Notes under the pieces: model-generated
Told to the model about the DNA's origin: nothing
Seen by the model: only the letters and a program-made list of their open reading frames with translations
Database searches by the model: none
Made by a program: the position numbers and the translations under genes
Shown: piece by piece, positions 24,839-36,060 of the stretch
Position numbering within the stretch: position 1 is the first letter of the stretch
How the letters are laid out: every line of letters starts with the position of its first letter
From: Chara braunii
Lineage: Eukaryota > Plantae > Charophyceae
Direction of reading: 5' to 3'
Assembly (NCBI GenBank): GCA_003427395.1
Contig: BFEA01000036.1
Span: forward strand, 243,148-307,147
Length of the DNA stretch: 64,000 nucleotides

Positions 24839-26714
24839 AAAAAAAAGAAAAAGTGGTGTCTGAGAGAGATTGAGATAGTACATCTATTCTTCTGAATTGC
24901 CACGGCCAAGAGCCTGTTTTGTAGACATTAGCCGGACGCCAGGATGTCTGTTCTCAAAAAAAAGCTTGACCTGTTAACCCTTCGGCCATCAGCTATAGCC
25001 TGCTATCACTGAAATAGCCTGGAGAGTTATCCTCTTTGCTGCAATATGCATTTGGAGGACTACTATCTTGCCCGCATATTTGTCAAGGGCAGGGTTGTAA
25101 CTTGTAACTCAAAGGGTGAAAACAAGGATGAAGAAATTATTAAATTATTAAAATTAATCAGTTCCTCCGCCAATGCCCTGCCACTAATCTAACTTCTAAA
25201 TACTCCACGCAGCAGCAATTGAACACAGAGACAATCACTCCCAAGATCTCTGCAAAACGCTCCAAAGCCGTGCACAGCTTCTGACAACATCTCGTTATAC
25301 CACTACCTGCAGGATTCCGAAAGCTTGCCCGTCTAATCCCACAACGACAAAGTGATGGGACTCACCTACTCCCTTTGCACAATCAGGGAGAGTGAAGCTG
25401 GAACGGAGGAAGCAAACATGGGGACGGAGACATTTCCTAATGCCTCAGTGTGAGCTTCACCCAATTCAGCTGAGCCTTAGGTATCACCTTTCCAGCAGCG
25501 GCCCCATCCATGCATGCCACCCTTCCTTGCCCTGCCATAGGAGATCACCACTCCACCCAAGCCACGCGCGACACAGTGGAGCAACTCTTTTGATTTTTCT
25601 ATAATTCAGACTCTTTCAGAGCCACAGCCGTTACCTAAAGGAATGGCCTCGGAACATGCATGTCACAAAGTAATTGCCTTTTTGAAAGTCTGGCCAAAGT
25701 GTTTCACTGAGTACAGAGAAACGGTCACTACGTAAGGTTTGTCTGTCACACTACCATCTGTCTGGTCCAAGGGTGTCAATGGGATGGAATCACAGGCCGG
25801 GGTAAGATCTTCTGCTTGAAGTTATTAACTTTGGGCCTGCTACTGTACAACTGTGAGACACTGGGCCCGGTTTCCAGCATGTGCTGCTCCCCATGAATAG
25901 ATGGAGTCATCCAACAGCCTGCCCCCAATCCCGATGGTTCACTCACCACCATGGGGAAAAGTTAGTATGAGAAGTGATTAGTGATTTATAAAATAAGAAA
26001 TAAATAACTGTATTTTTAAGAAAAAGTTATATCCATTTATACATCACCCGGCGGCTGATGCCGCTTAAGAGATAAAAACTCACTAGCCGAGTACACTTTT
26101 TTCACGACTTGATGTGTGAAGTCGCAGTGTTTACTGTACCCAAGATTGGGTTTCTTTACCAGGTGTATTACCTGTAACTTGAGGTGGAATTCATGTTTGG
26201 GCCTTTTTGGGGATCCCCCGAACATGACAGCCATCATCATAAACCATATTCGGATCCAAATACAGTCATGATGCTCCGGCAGTGTGTTTGGGGAAAGAAA
26301 GTTGCGGGGGATCGAGTAGCTTCAGAGGATCTTCTGGCATGGGATGAGGGCAGCAGGATGGCCATCAGACAGTGACTGTATTGGAGGGTGCCATGTGTGC
26401 TTGAAAACTCCTGCTAATGGGACCTGTGCCCCGGTAGTGACAATGTGAGAGGTCAAGTCCCATGGGACTGGGGCTTCGTGGGCAAATCTGATGGTAAATA
26501 TCAGATGGTGAGAACCAACAGCTGACAGCAGGCATCTTATCAGAAAACTTATACACAGGCATAGCTCAGCAGGGCCGGGCCCTAAAGGGCATAGTCGTGG
26601 CTGTATCTTACACCAATATCATTGGCATTGTCGACCTTGTCTGACTCTGCCCTGAGTGAGGGTTAGCTATCCTTCCTGGGGGTGCAATCCCACTGCCAAC
26701 AAGATTCTTTTTAA

Positions 26715-26900
26715 ACCACCAGTACTTCCGAACCTCTTTTCCCCAAAGCTGTAAATGCCCTGAGGCCAAAACAAAAACCACCGGCTTGAGTCCCCTTTGG
26801 CTGGCGCCGCTAGCCAATTTGCTCCAGCAGCCAACCCCCGAAAGTTGCGGCGTGCATGCAGCCGCATGGGAGAAAAATGGCCGGGAAATGCACTGGTGGT
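26715..26900. mobile_element. TTAA-type MITE
   Basis: TTAA-ACCACCAGT ... ACTGGTGGT-TTAA. Confidence 0.85.
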
Positions 26901-27480
26901 TTAAAGACAACTTACTTTTATACTAAACAGTTAGAAAACGAGCGGGCCCTCACAACTCTACCCGGTGAAGTACTGGGGCCATTACTACCAGCAAGATGAG
27001 CCAATTGATTGTCAACCATCAAGATGACAGATCCGCATGGCTGATAATCAATTGAATGACATCTGAATCTATTCTACTGATAGTGGAACAATGCCCCTGG
27101 AGCCAGGCCCAGTAGGAGCTGTATCGAGTGCCTACGAGATAAGTTTTTTTGGTGTGGCTGAAGTATCGCCATGGGCCAAGAGATTTTCAGGTAGAATGGC
27201 CCAAAGCAGCCTATGGTTGGTACTCGACGCCGCTGCTACTAGTGGGACTTCGCCCCTATGCAGTGCTTTCTGCCAGTCATAATGGGAAGAAGTGTGAATG
27301 ATATTGGGGCTCCATCCACCACTCTCACGGTTTCCGAGAGTGACTGCATTGTTCCACACTCTATCAGATTTGAATGTCAGAAGGAAAAAAAGCAGTGAGA
27401 GTGTCAGGAAAGAGGAAGCAAGAGTATAAGGCTCTGTGTTTTTTTTTTTCCCCAAGAAGGAAAAAAAAAAAAGGAATCAA

Positions 27481-27913
27481 GGCCCGCGGGCTAGCTGAGT
27501 TGGTAGAGCCCGTAAGTGGCATTCAGGAGGTCTAATTCGATTCCCCACGTCATCCATTTCAACTCCCCACGACCCCCTGTGGCACACTTCGGGTTCACCA
27601 GCAGAGATAGTTGGCTCACCCTCCCTGGCTGGTCTTGGTAAGGGGATGTGCACTCCTTCCATCCCTTGCTAGGGGTTAGGAGCTTGGGTACTACTCCCCG
27701 CACTGAGTAGAGTAGATGAGTAGGATTCCCTATGCTCCATAGTGGGATAGATAGGCTGGGGTAGACTAGGGAGACTTAAACCCATAACCCATAGCTTGAT
27801 GTGTTGTACTGCATAGATTTGAATAGCTGGCCGCGCCTGGTTCCTGGACTGCTGGCTGATATTGGTCCCCGTTGGATGGGTAGTTAGTGTGAGGATGAAT
27901 TGAGAAAAAAAAA
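27481..27913 (+). mobile_element. Probable tRNA-derived SINE
   Basis: TAGCTGAGTTGGTAGAGC (A box/D arm), TTCGATTCC (B box), unrelated body and A tail at ~27905. Confidence 0.6.
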
Positions 27914-28484
27914 AGAGAACAATCATTTGAAAATGTTCAAAAACCGATAGTCTCAGCCTGCAAAGCTGTTAAATCAAGGTGAGGTCGGCCACCTCTTGGC
28001 TGGCACAGGAATTTCACTGCCTCGACTTGGGACCGACAGTTGCCTTTCTTTGTTGCCTAGTCACCCTTTTCGCTTTGTCCTTTCGCACTCTTGGAAAATC
28101 AAAAGTGGTTCTAGAGTGGACCGAGCAATGACGTGGTTTCCGCAGTGCTCCGGCCTCTGACAACTATCGACCACTTCTCAATTCTAGCATTGAATCGAGA
28201 GTGGTGGAGCGTGCCCAATTGTTGGACTATTTTTTTTTTCTTCGCCTGCCAGAAACTGAACTGGCGCTACAGTGCCTACACAGAATACAAGGAGCGGCCA
28301 TGTCAGATGAACCACAGTACCCACACACAATACAAGGAGCAGCAACATCAGTTCCTCCTTCCCCCCATCCGTTACCCCAACAACCACAACCAAAACAAAA
28401 ACAAAAAAAAGAAGACACTTTCCCCATGAAAGAGAAAAAAACTCCAGAAAAGAGTAAACAATCAAACAACTAAAAACCGCCTAC

Positions 28485-28703
28485 CTGGCTCAAACACATA
28501 ATCTAGATAGGATCTCCTCTGATGTGAAAGGTCCATGTTAGCCCGTTCGAAGACCAGTCTCCAGAACCACCGCTTGATGGCAGAATGCTGGCGATTGGGA
28601 TTGTCATGGCGAGCTGACGTGAAGAAATCTGCCACTCCTACAAGCCCATCATCCGCCAGGTATGCAGCCGCGGCATCGATGACACTCATATATGACGAAG
28701 TTG
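28485..28703 (-). CDS. BTA1: Internal exon of a betaine lipid (DGTS) synthase BTA1-like gene, BtaB-type methyltransferase domain
   Basis: Encodes SVIDAAAAYLADDGLVGVADFFTSARHDNPNRQHSAIKRWFWRLVFERANMDLSHQRRSYLDYVFEP, which from recall matches green-algal BTA1 (DGLVGVADF...RRFFWRSIFD.DNIDIGPERRAYL). Acceptor TTGCAG, donor GTAGGC; 219 nt, phase 1-1. Confidence 0.8.
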
Positions 28704-29379
28704 CTGCAATCAAAACGCCCATCATTAAAGAAATAAAATCCATCATCAGCACACACACACACATCCGTTCACCCTCAGTACATCCCATCACATCAGCAAC
28801 TCCAACAAACAGCAAGGGGCATTATCCACTCATTTACTCTTAATTTTTATTTATTATTTTTCACTTATTAATTCAGTAGCCCTTACAAATATTGTACTAG
28901 TCTGATTCTATCAGTACTTGAGCTCAGTCATGCATCTCATTCAGCCTCAGTGTGGGTGCGTGGGAATACAAATTTTGATACAAGCACGAGCACATCCCAT
29001 GGACAACTGGACTCACCATACCACTCACGAAACTAGTGTTTCCATGACATTTACGTACACAGCCTCACGAAACTCGGCCAAAAACAAATTTAGTGTGATC
29101 TCAGAATCCACGCTTCATCGCTCTTGAAACCCTATGCTGCTCCAGCCTGCAACATCTCTGCAACATCTCCGTTTTGTTTCAGCAGCCCTCCAATCATCCT
29201 GTTTTTGAGAGTTCACCTGAGGTTGGGACGGACAAGGGTTTTCCCTTTCCTCTGGGCTCGTCTCTCCCTTTCATGGACAACTTTCCAGAGTGATCTGTTC
29301 ATGAGGATTGTGTGGCAAGGGCGGAAATCTCCCGAGAGCACTCTGGGAATTCTCTGCCACCTCAAGAAAACTTAAGTGT

Positions 29380-30800
29380 TTTTGTCAGTGTTGTGATGAG
29401 ACCCAGATGCGCATACCCACCAATGACGGGATAATTGACTGGACGAGGCTGGAACAGAAAGGCGTGACACTCCCGTGATGCTGGTCATGTCAGAAAAACT
29501 TCCCGTCCCACAGTCTCCAAGAGACAATAAAACACTTATTTTCGCAGTGCCCCGGAGCAGTCCTCACACGGCGATCGTGGGAAAGGATATCGCGCCAGCT
29601 AGGAAGAGAATCCACTTGGCCATGGAACTGGAAAGCATTACTTTGTGGGACATGGTGCTCTCCACAGGACAGAAATTTTGAGGAAAATAATAAAATATGT
29701 ACAAAGGATGCTTAAGTATGTATCTTAGATGCCGTGCCCAGTTTCCAGCAGGTGACGCTTCCCACCAATAGACAGGAGCAACCAGCATGGGGGCTATGAG
29801 AGGGAGATGCTCATCTCACTCCCACTAGTAAACTCAACAATATAAACAAAAAAAAAAGAAAAAAAGGGAGAGGAGCCTTCCTCTGGGCCCTTTGGCAGAA
29901 GAGACGCACACACATAATGGACGGGGAGTATGCACGGAAGGCGAGGAAATCACAGACACAGTTAAACAGCAGATCCAGTTAACAGAACCATGCCTGGAAA
30001 CAAAAGCAAAATTCCATCTTTATCAGGAAAGAAAAGGCATAATGTCATAAACCAAGCAATAAAAACTTTCTCAGAGGAATGGCTGGGTGGTGAACAAGGT
30101 GGCAGGATTGCAAACATTCAATGGGAGGGCGGGAGGCAAACAGACGCAGAGACACTGAAGAGGGTGTACAAAATAGCCTTCAATGACTGGACAATGGTGG
30201 ATGCAGCTGTCTTTTTCTTTTTTTTTTAACTAGGCCTTGGCTGCTAGTGATGATGGTAAGAGCAGCAATCACTAGCAGCCCAACCAAGGACTTCCCAGAT
30301 CTCTTCCCACCACACCAACTCTGTTAGTGGATATGCAGTGGTATGGACTCTGGAGGCATTCAAGATCCTACTTCATGAGAGTGCAGGCAGAGATGGTTCT
30401 TTCACTCTGGCAGCCAGAGACAGGCTGAAGAGGCTGAGCACTAGACCCTCAGTTGATCCCCTGGCAGAAGCAGTGTAATTGATGCCGTAGACCTTAAGGG
30501 GAACATAGAGACATACACGTGGTTGAGAAGAAAAATGTAAGATGAATCTGGGATGCTGGACCCGGTTTCCAGCAGGTAATGCTTGGCCACATTGAAACAC
30601 TGCTTGCTGGCCTGTCCAATGGCCCTTCAACTGTGGCACTGGTGGGATGTTCTATGGGAGGAACTCACCAGCTCACCATTTTTCATTGAAAGCTCATCTG
30701 GTTGGTCAAACTGTCAGACTAACCACCACCATGGTCAGGTTTCCAGCATAACCTGTTTCAAACAACCAGGCTGGCCGTACTGATGGCCATCTGGAGGATG
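29380..30800 (+). pseudogene. Scattered LINE ORF2 C-terminal fragments with nested small insertions
   Basis: RCIPTN...LEQKG, FLWALWQ, FNDWTMVD and LKHCLLACP..LWHWW segments. Confidence 0.75.
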
Positions 30801-31319
30801 TGCTGCTCTTCAGAGAGAAAAGAACTCTCTTTTGGATTTGTACAGGCCAAAACGGATATCGCTGAGACAAGCAGGGCCAACATACAAAGAGCTGTGGTTC
30901 GGTTCAGCTCAGAACAAACTTACAGGACATGCAGGAGCAAGCCAAACGAAAACTTCTGTAACACATGGATAGACTGTGGGAGGGGAATATGTGAAGTGCA
31001 GGATGATGGGAACATGCGGTGGAAAAACTGGGTAGCCATGAAATTGAGACCAGTGCATTATTTCCACACACCCCTAGCAGGTGACAACTCGCAGGCTATC
31101 ACGACAACCCCTAGGGACGAGCTCTGCTGCCTGCAGGAGGAACCTGCACAGCCACTTACCAAAGAACAGGCTCGGATGGCTGGGACCTGATGGAGTCAGG
31201 TTGCCAGCTTCCGGTCATACATCAGCCATGACTGCACCTACCCGATTATGTCACCTCCACTCCCCTCATCTCCTCCGCCTGAAACACCCCACCCACCGTT
31301 CATCCAGGACAGACTCTAA

Positions 31320-31862
31320 GGGCATACTCACAGCACCTTTTTACTTATTTCTGGACAGAATTGCGATCAGATGCAAACAGGACCGGCTATAAATGCGGGC
31401 AGATACATTTCAACCACCAGTACCTCTCCCTGCTTGAAGAATTCGACGCGGCCATTAACGCGCCGCGTTGCGCGGGGTACCCACCGGCGTGCGGCCGGTA
31501 GTCCCCAATAAACGCATATCAAATTTGCAATTGGTGTCGCAAATGTCAGCGGCCTCAGGGTTGAGCAATTTGCCACCACCTCTATAGGCCTCGGGTTTGA
31601 GCAATTTGCCACCACCTCTAGGGGTGGTGGCATCTCTTTCTTCCCGAGTCTTTGAGCTTATGGAAGAGAATTGCAGGCATTCATGGACTACTTTTGCAGT
31701 GTAACGGCACAAATGGGCAATTTCTCAAATGGCAGGGCGTAGGGGCATTTGTCTTTTCCAATTTGCTGCCCATGTGCGACTGCGCAACACAGCAAAATGG
31801 CAAACTGGGAGTAGCAGACGCGGCAAATTTTGCTGTTTTGCCAGGCATGTGTGAGCATGCCC
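31320..31862. mobile_element. PIF/Harbinger (Tourist-like) MITE
   Basis: TIR GGGCATACTCAC / GTGAGCATGCCC; TAA TSD on both sides. Confidence 0.85.
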
Positions 31863-32540
31863 TAAGTCCAAATATTCTCCTCCCCCACCCACCCTTCATC
31901 CAGGATAGAGACTAACTCCCAATATTCTCCTCCCTCCGCCCCTANNNNNNNNNNNNNNNNNNNNNNNNNNNNNNNNNNNNNNNNNNNNNNNNNNNNNNNN
32001 NNNNNNNNNNNNNNNNNNNNNNNNNNNNNNNNNNNNNNNNNNNNNNNNNNNNNNNNNNNNNNNNNNNNNNNNNNNNNNNNNNNNNNNNNNNNNNNNNNNN
32101 NNNNNNNNNNNNNNNNNNNNNNNNNNNNNNNNNNNNNNNNNNNNNNNNNNNNNNNNNNNNNNNNNNNNNNNNNNNNNNNNNNNNNNNNNNNNNNNNNNNN
32201 NNNNNNNNNNNNNNNNNNNNNNNNNNNNNNNNNNNNNNNNNNNNNNNNNNNNNNNNNNNNNNNNNNNNNNNNNNNNNNNNNNNNNNNNNNNNNNNNNNNN
32301 NNNNNNNNNNNNNNNNNNNNNNNNNNNNNNNNNNNNNNNNNNNNNNNNNNNNNNNNNNNNNNNNNNNNNNNNNNNNNNNNNNNNNNNNNNNNNNNNNNNN
32401 NNNNNNNNNNNNNNNNNNNNNNNNNNNNNNNNNNNNNNNNNNNNNNNNNNNNNNNNNNNNNNNNNNNNNNNNNNNNNNNNNNNNNNNNNNNNNNNNNNNN
32501 NNNNNNNNNNNNNNNNNNNNNNNNNNNNNNNNNNNNNNNN

Positions 32541-35500
32541 AACCCTTGGTTGTCCCTTGGAATGCCCCCCCAAAGCATCCCCAGATCTCTCTACCAGGCC
32601 TCACGCTCCTGCAATCAGCAGGTTACAGGGCAACACCCCAGCACCGGCCAGCGTCGTTCTGGCATCGAACAAACGCAAATCCATGAATGTACCAGTATGA
32701 AACAGCCTAAAGGGAGTTGCTAGAAGTCCCCAGAATCCTAAAGCATTCTCTTTTTTTGCTAAGAAACAAAAACATATGCACAATTCAGAAAACAAACTCA
32801 GATACCAATCGATTCCCTATACCCCACTCCGGCAAGACTTACTGCAGCAGAGCCACCATCTCTGCTGCTGATGTACCCTATTCCCATCCTAGTAGGACGC
32901 GTGATATCCCACCATCTCCTCTCCCACTCACCTCGATCTCTTTTTTGAGATACCGGGGCCATTACCCAGCCTCGGCTTGAGAAAATGTCTGAGAATACTT
33001 GCGATAATTCAGAAAACATGAGAATAGACCACAGCGGTCCTACAAATGCTCAAAACCTCGAAGTCCCTAACTAACCCTTCCAAGGCTCTCCAACATTGTC
33101 TTACTCCCTCCCGAGCTCTTCCAGGCGTCACACCCCCACATCCTGTTGGGTTACAGGGCAACACCACTCACCCCAGCTCCAGCCAGCGTCGTCCCAGCAG
33201 CAACCCTTGGTTGTCCCGTGGAATGCCCACCCCAAAGCATCCCCAGATCTCTCTACCAAGCCTCACGCTCCTGCATTAGCAGGTTACAGGGCAACACCCC
33301 AGCACCGGCCAGTGTCGTTCTGGCGCCGGACAACCACAAATCACTGAGTATAACAGCATCGAAAACCACCTGAGACGAGTTGCTAGGAGTCCCCAGAGTC
33401 CTAAAACATTCTTAAGACCGCCGAGCCTAAAAACAGGAAAAAAAAATAACGAAAACCACCACCGATCCAGCTCTTTCCCCGCACTACAGAGGAGAGACTT
33501 GCCCAGGCGTTCGGTCCTCGTAACAACACTCGCTAGATCTCATACCCCCCTTGCTAGAGTGACAGAGCAACACCAACTGCCCCAGTACTGACCGAACTGG
33601 TTCTGACGGACAGGAAGTGTCTTCCTCCCTCGACAACTTCCTTAGCTGCAGAGCCCCCGAAGGTTACAGGGTCACTGCCCCGGCCTCAACTACGTTGGAC
33701 AAGATCGTTATGCCTTCCTCCCTCGACATAGCTCCAATAGTCTCAAGCTCCCCCTGGTTACAGAGCACTTGCTCCAGCACCGGCCATTGTCGCCCCATCC
33801 CGCCCTTCTAATTAGACCTACCATCCTAAACCACAAACCCTCCTTTGTCCGAGCATCACCACACTACCCAGCAATCCCTAGGACCAGCTTTCCCCTTCCT
33901 GCTTAAGAAAAAAACAAGATAGGACATGAGTAACACACAAAAAAGAAAAGCAAAAAGTCCGAACTGGAACCACCGACTTGCAACCTTCCTCGCAACTCTT
34001 GAAGAAAACCAAAGGCCTCGTAATCAGTCCTCGATCTTACACACAACTGGTCTCATACCCTCCTATGCCAGGGTTACAGGGTACCACTATGCCCCGGTGC
34101 CGACCAAGCTAGTATAGACGGTAAGGAATGCCTTCCTCCCTCGACATCTCCCATCAGTCGCACGCCCCTGATGGTGACAGGGATAAAACCCCGGCAACTG
34201 CCACGTCGAACGTGCTGGTTCTGCCTTCCACCCTCGACATAACTCCCCAAGCCTCACACTCCCCCAGGTTACAGAGCAACGCTCCACCACCGGCCTGCGT
34301 TGTCCCAGCCACGTGACCTACTAACGAAGGCCAAGCCCCCCCCCTGCTGCACCCCCCATTCATACTTCTCACCCGTCAGTGTGAACCATCTGCTTCCCTT
34401 AATCATGTGTGTTTTCCATAGACAACTAAGTACAAGTTAGATCTAAAAAATTCCTTGGTATAGAGAACTAAAGCCAGACAACAATGATAGTACTAAAAAG
34501 GATTAGGATTTTAAACCAATATCAAACAATCAGAAAATTGAATCGAAACACACCGAAACTGAAATTTCAAGATCAGAAAAACGAGACTGAGTTAAGATTT
34601 TGAAAATTTCTTGTAAGAAATCAGAGGTGCAAAAACCTCTGATTTTACGAATCTCAAACTAAAGAGGATTACCCAGGTAGTAATTCAGCAACAAAAATAC
34701 GACAGTCGACATGACTAATGATGTGAAATTCAAAAGAAATAAGCAAACAAAATAAGTCAGAATTAGGCAAACAAACTAGGTCACGATTAATCTTGATGTA
34801 ATCTTGGTTATCAAACCTCATAATCAAAATTCTTATACCTAAAAATTCAAGGATAAAAAAACTAATAGGTATTGAACCAGATGAAACTATCTTGGAATCA
34901 CATCGTTAAGAATCTCATCATGGTCATCACAGAATCTCCACTACAAAACGTGAAGACGAATAACACAACTGTTAGGATGACAAGGCAACACTAACTGCCC
35001 CAATACCGACCGAGCTGATTCTGACGGTCAGGAAGTGTTATTCTCCCTCGACAACTTCCTTAGCTAAAAAGTCCGTAAGGTTACAGGGTCACTGCCCTGG
35101 TTCAGCTGCGTTGAGCAGGATGGCTATGCCTTCCACCCTCGGCATAGCTCCAATAGTCTCAAGCTCCACCCCTGGTTACAGAGCACCTACGCTCCAGCAC
35201 CGACCATTGTCACCCCACCCTGCCCCTCTAATTAGACCTACCCCATGAACACTAATCCCTCTTCTGCCCACGTACCCACCACACTTGCCTAGCAACGTTA
35301 GAACCAATCTTCCCCTTTCTGCTATCCGGCGTCAACTACAATTATACTAGCAAGAATTTCAAAAAAACTAAGAAAAATCAAGCACACAAAATCCTAGAGA
35401 AGCACATGAACATTTAAGCGCACAAAATCCTGAAGAATCACATGAACATTTAAGCGCCCACTGCTCCCACAGGGAGAGGGGAAGAGGGGGAGAAGAACAA

Positions 35501-36060
35501 CCCTCTCTCCCCATGGAAACTTCAGCGCCTATTGGAGTCTCGGATACATATAAAAGGGGTCACAAGAGCCAAAGTGATTACTCCCCTCCTCCAAAAAACG
35601 ACTCCCTGTTTGTTTACTACCTTCGCGGGAAGGCGCCCCCTCACCTCCCCGCCCCAGTTCAGAACAACCCCAGGATACCCCTCCTGCTTCCTCAATCGCA
35701 TACAATACCCCCTAGAGTATGCCCCCACAGAGCAAAAGATCCCCCTATCTACTTGCCCCACCCCCTTCAAGTGGAACAGTCCTCTCAACTCTCACCCTGC
35801 TTACGTCAGCACCCTTTGTCCTCTCTCCCCAACCGCCATAGTTGATCCGACCCGAAAATCAGCGTGGCCCAAAGAAGGACAGACCCTCAATACCGTCCCT
35901 ACCCTCTCAAAGGTCATACCACCCACCTTGTGTAACCCTCGCAAGGAAGGACTCCAACCCTAAAGGAGATATCCACTCCAACACCTCTGACCTCGATCTC
36001 ACAACATCACAGTTGAGACTCCCTTGCAAGACTAACTACTTGAGTAAAAACTGGTTAGCA
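32541..36060 (-). mobile_element. Long non-coding repeat element with a tandem array of ~12 SRP Alu-domain-like modules
   Basis: Modules centred on TTACA/TGACA (+ strand) near 32625, 33152, 33285, 33562, 33665, 33759, 34075, 34176, 34270, 34979, 35082 and 35178; homologous in reverse orientation to 50270-51878. Boundaries uncertain because of the gap. Confidence 0.75.

Noticed and set aside
27481-27555. Functional tRNA gene
   Set aside because: The anticodon, T and acceptor stems do not pair; better explained as a SINE head.
32597-35205. Twister ribozyme or CRISPR-like interpretation of the GGTTACAG modules
   Set aside because: They lack the twister AAGCC and pseudoknot elements. The units are degenerate with related spacers, there are no cas genes, and the context is eukaryotic.
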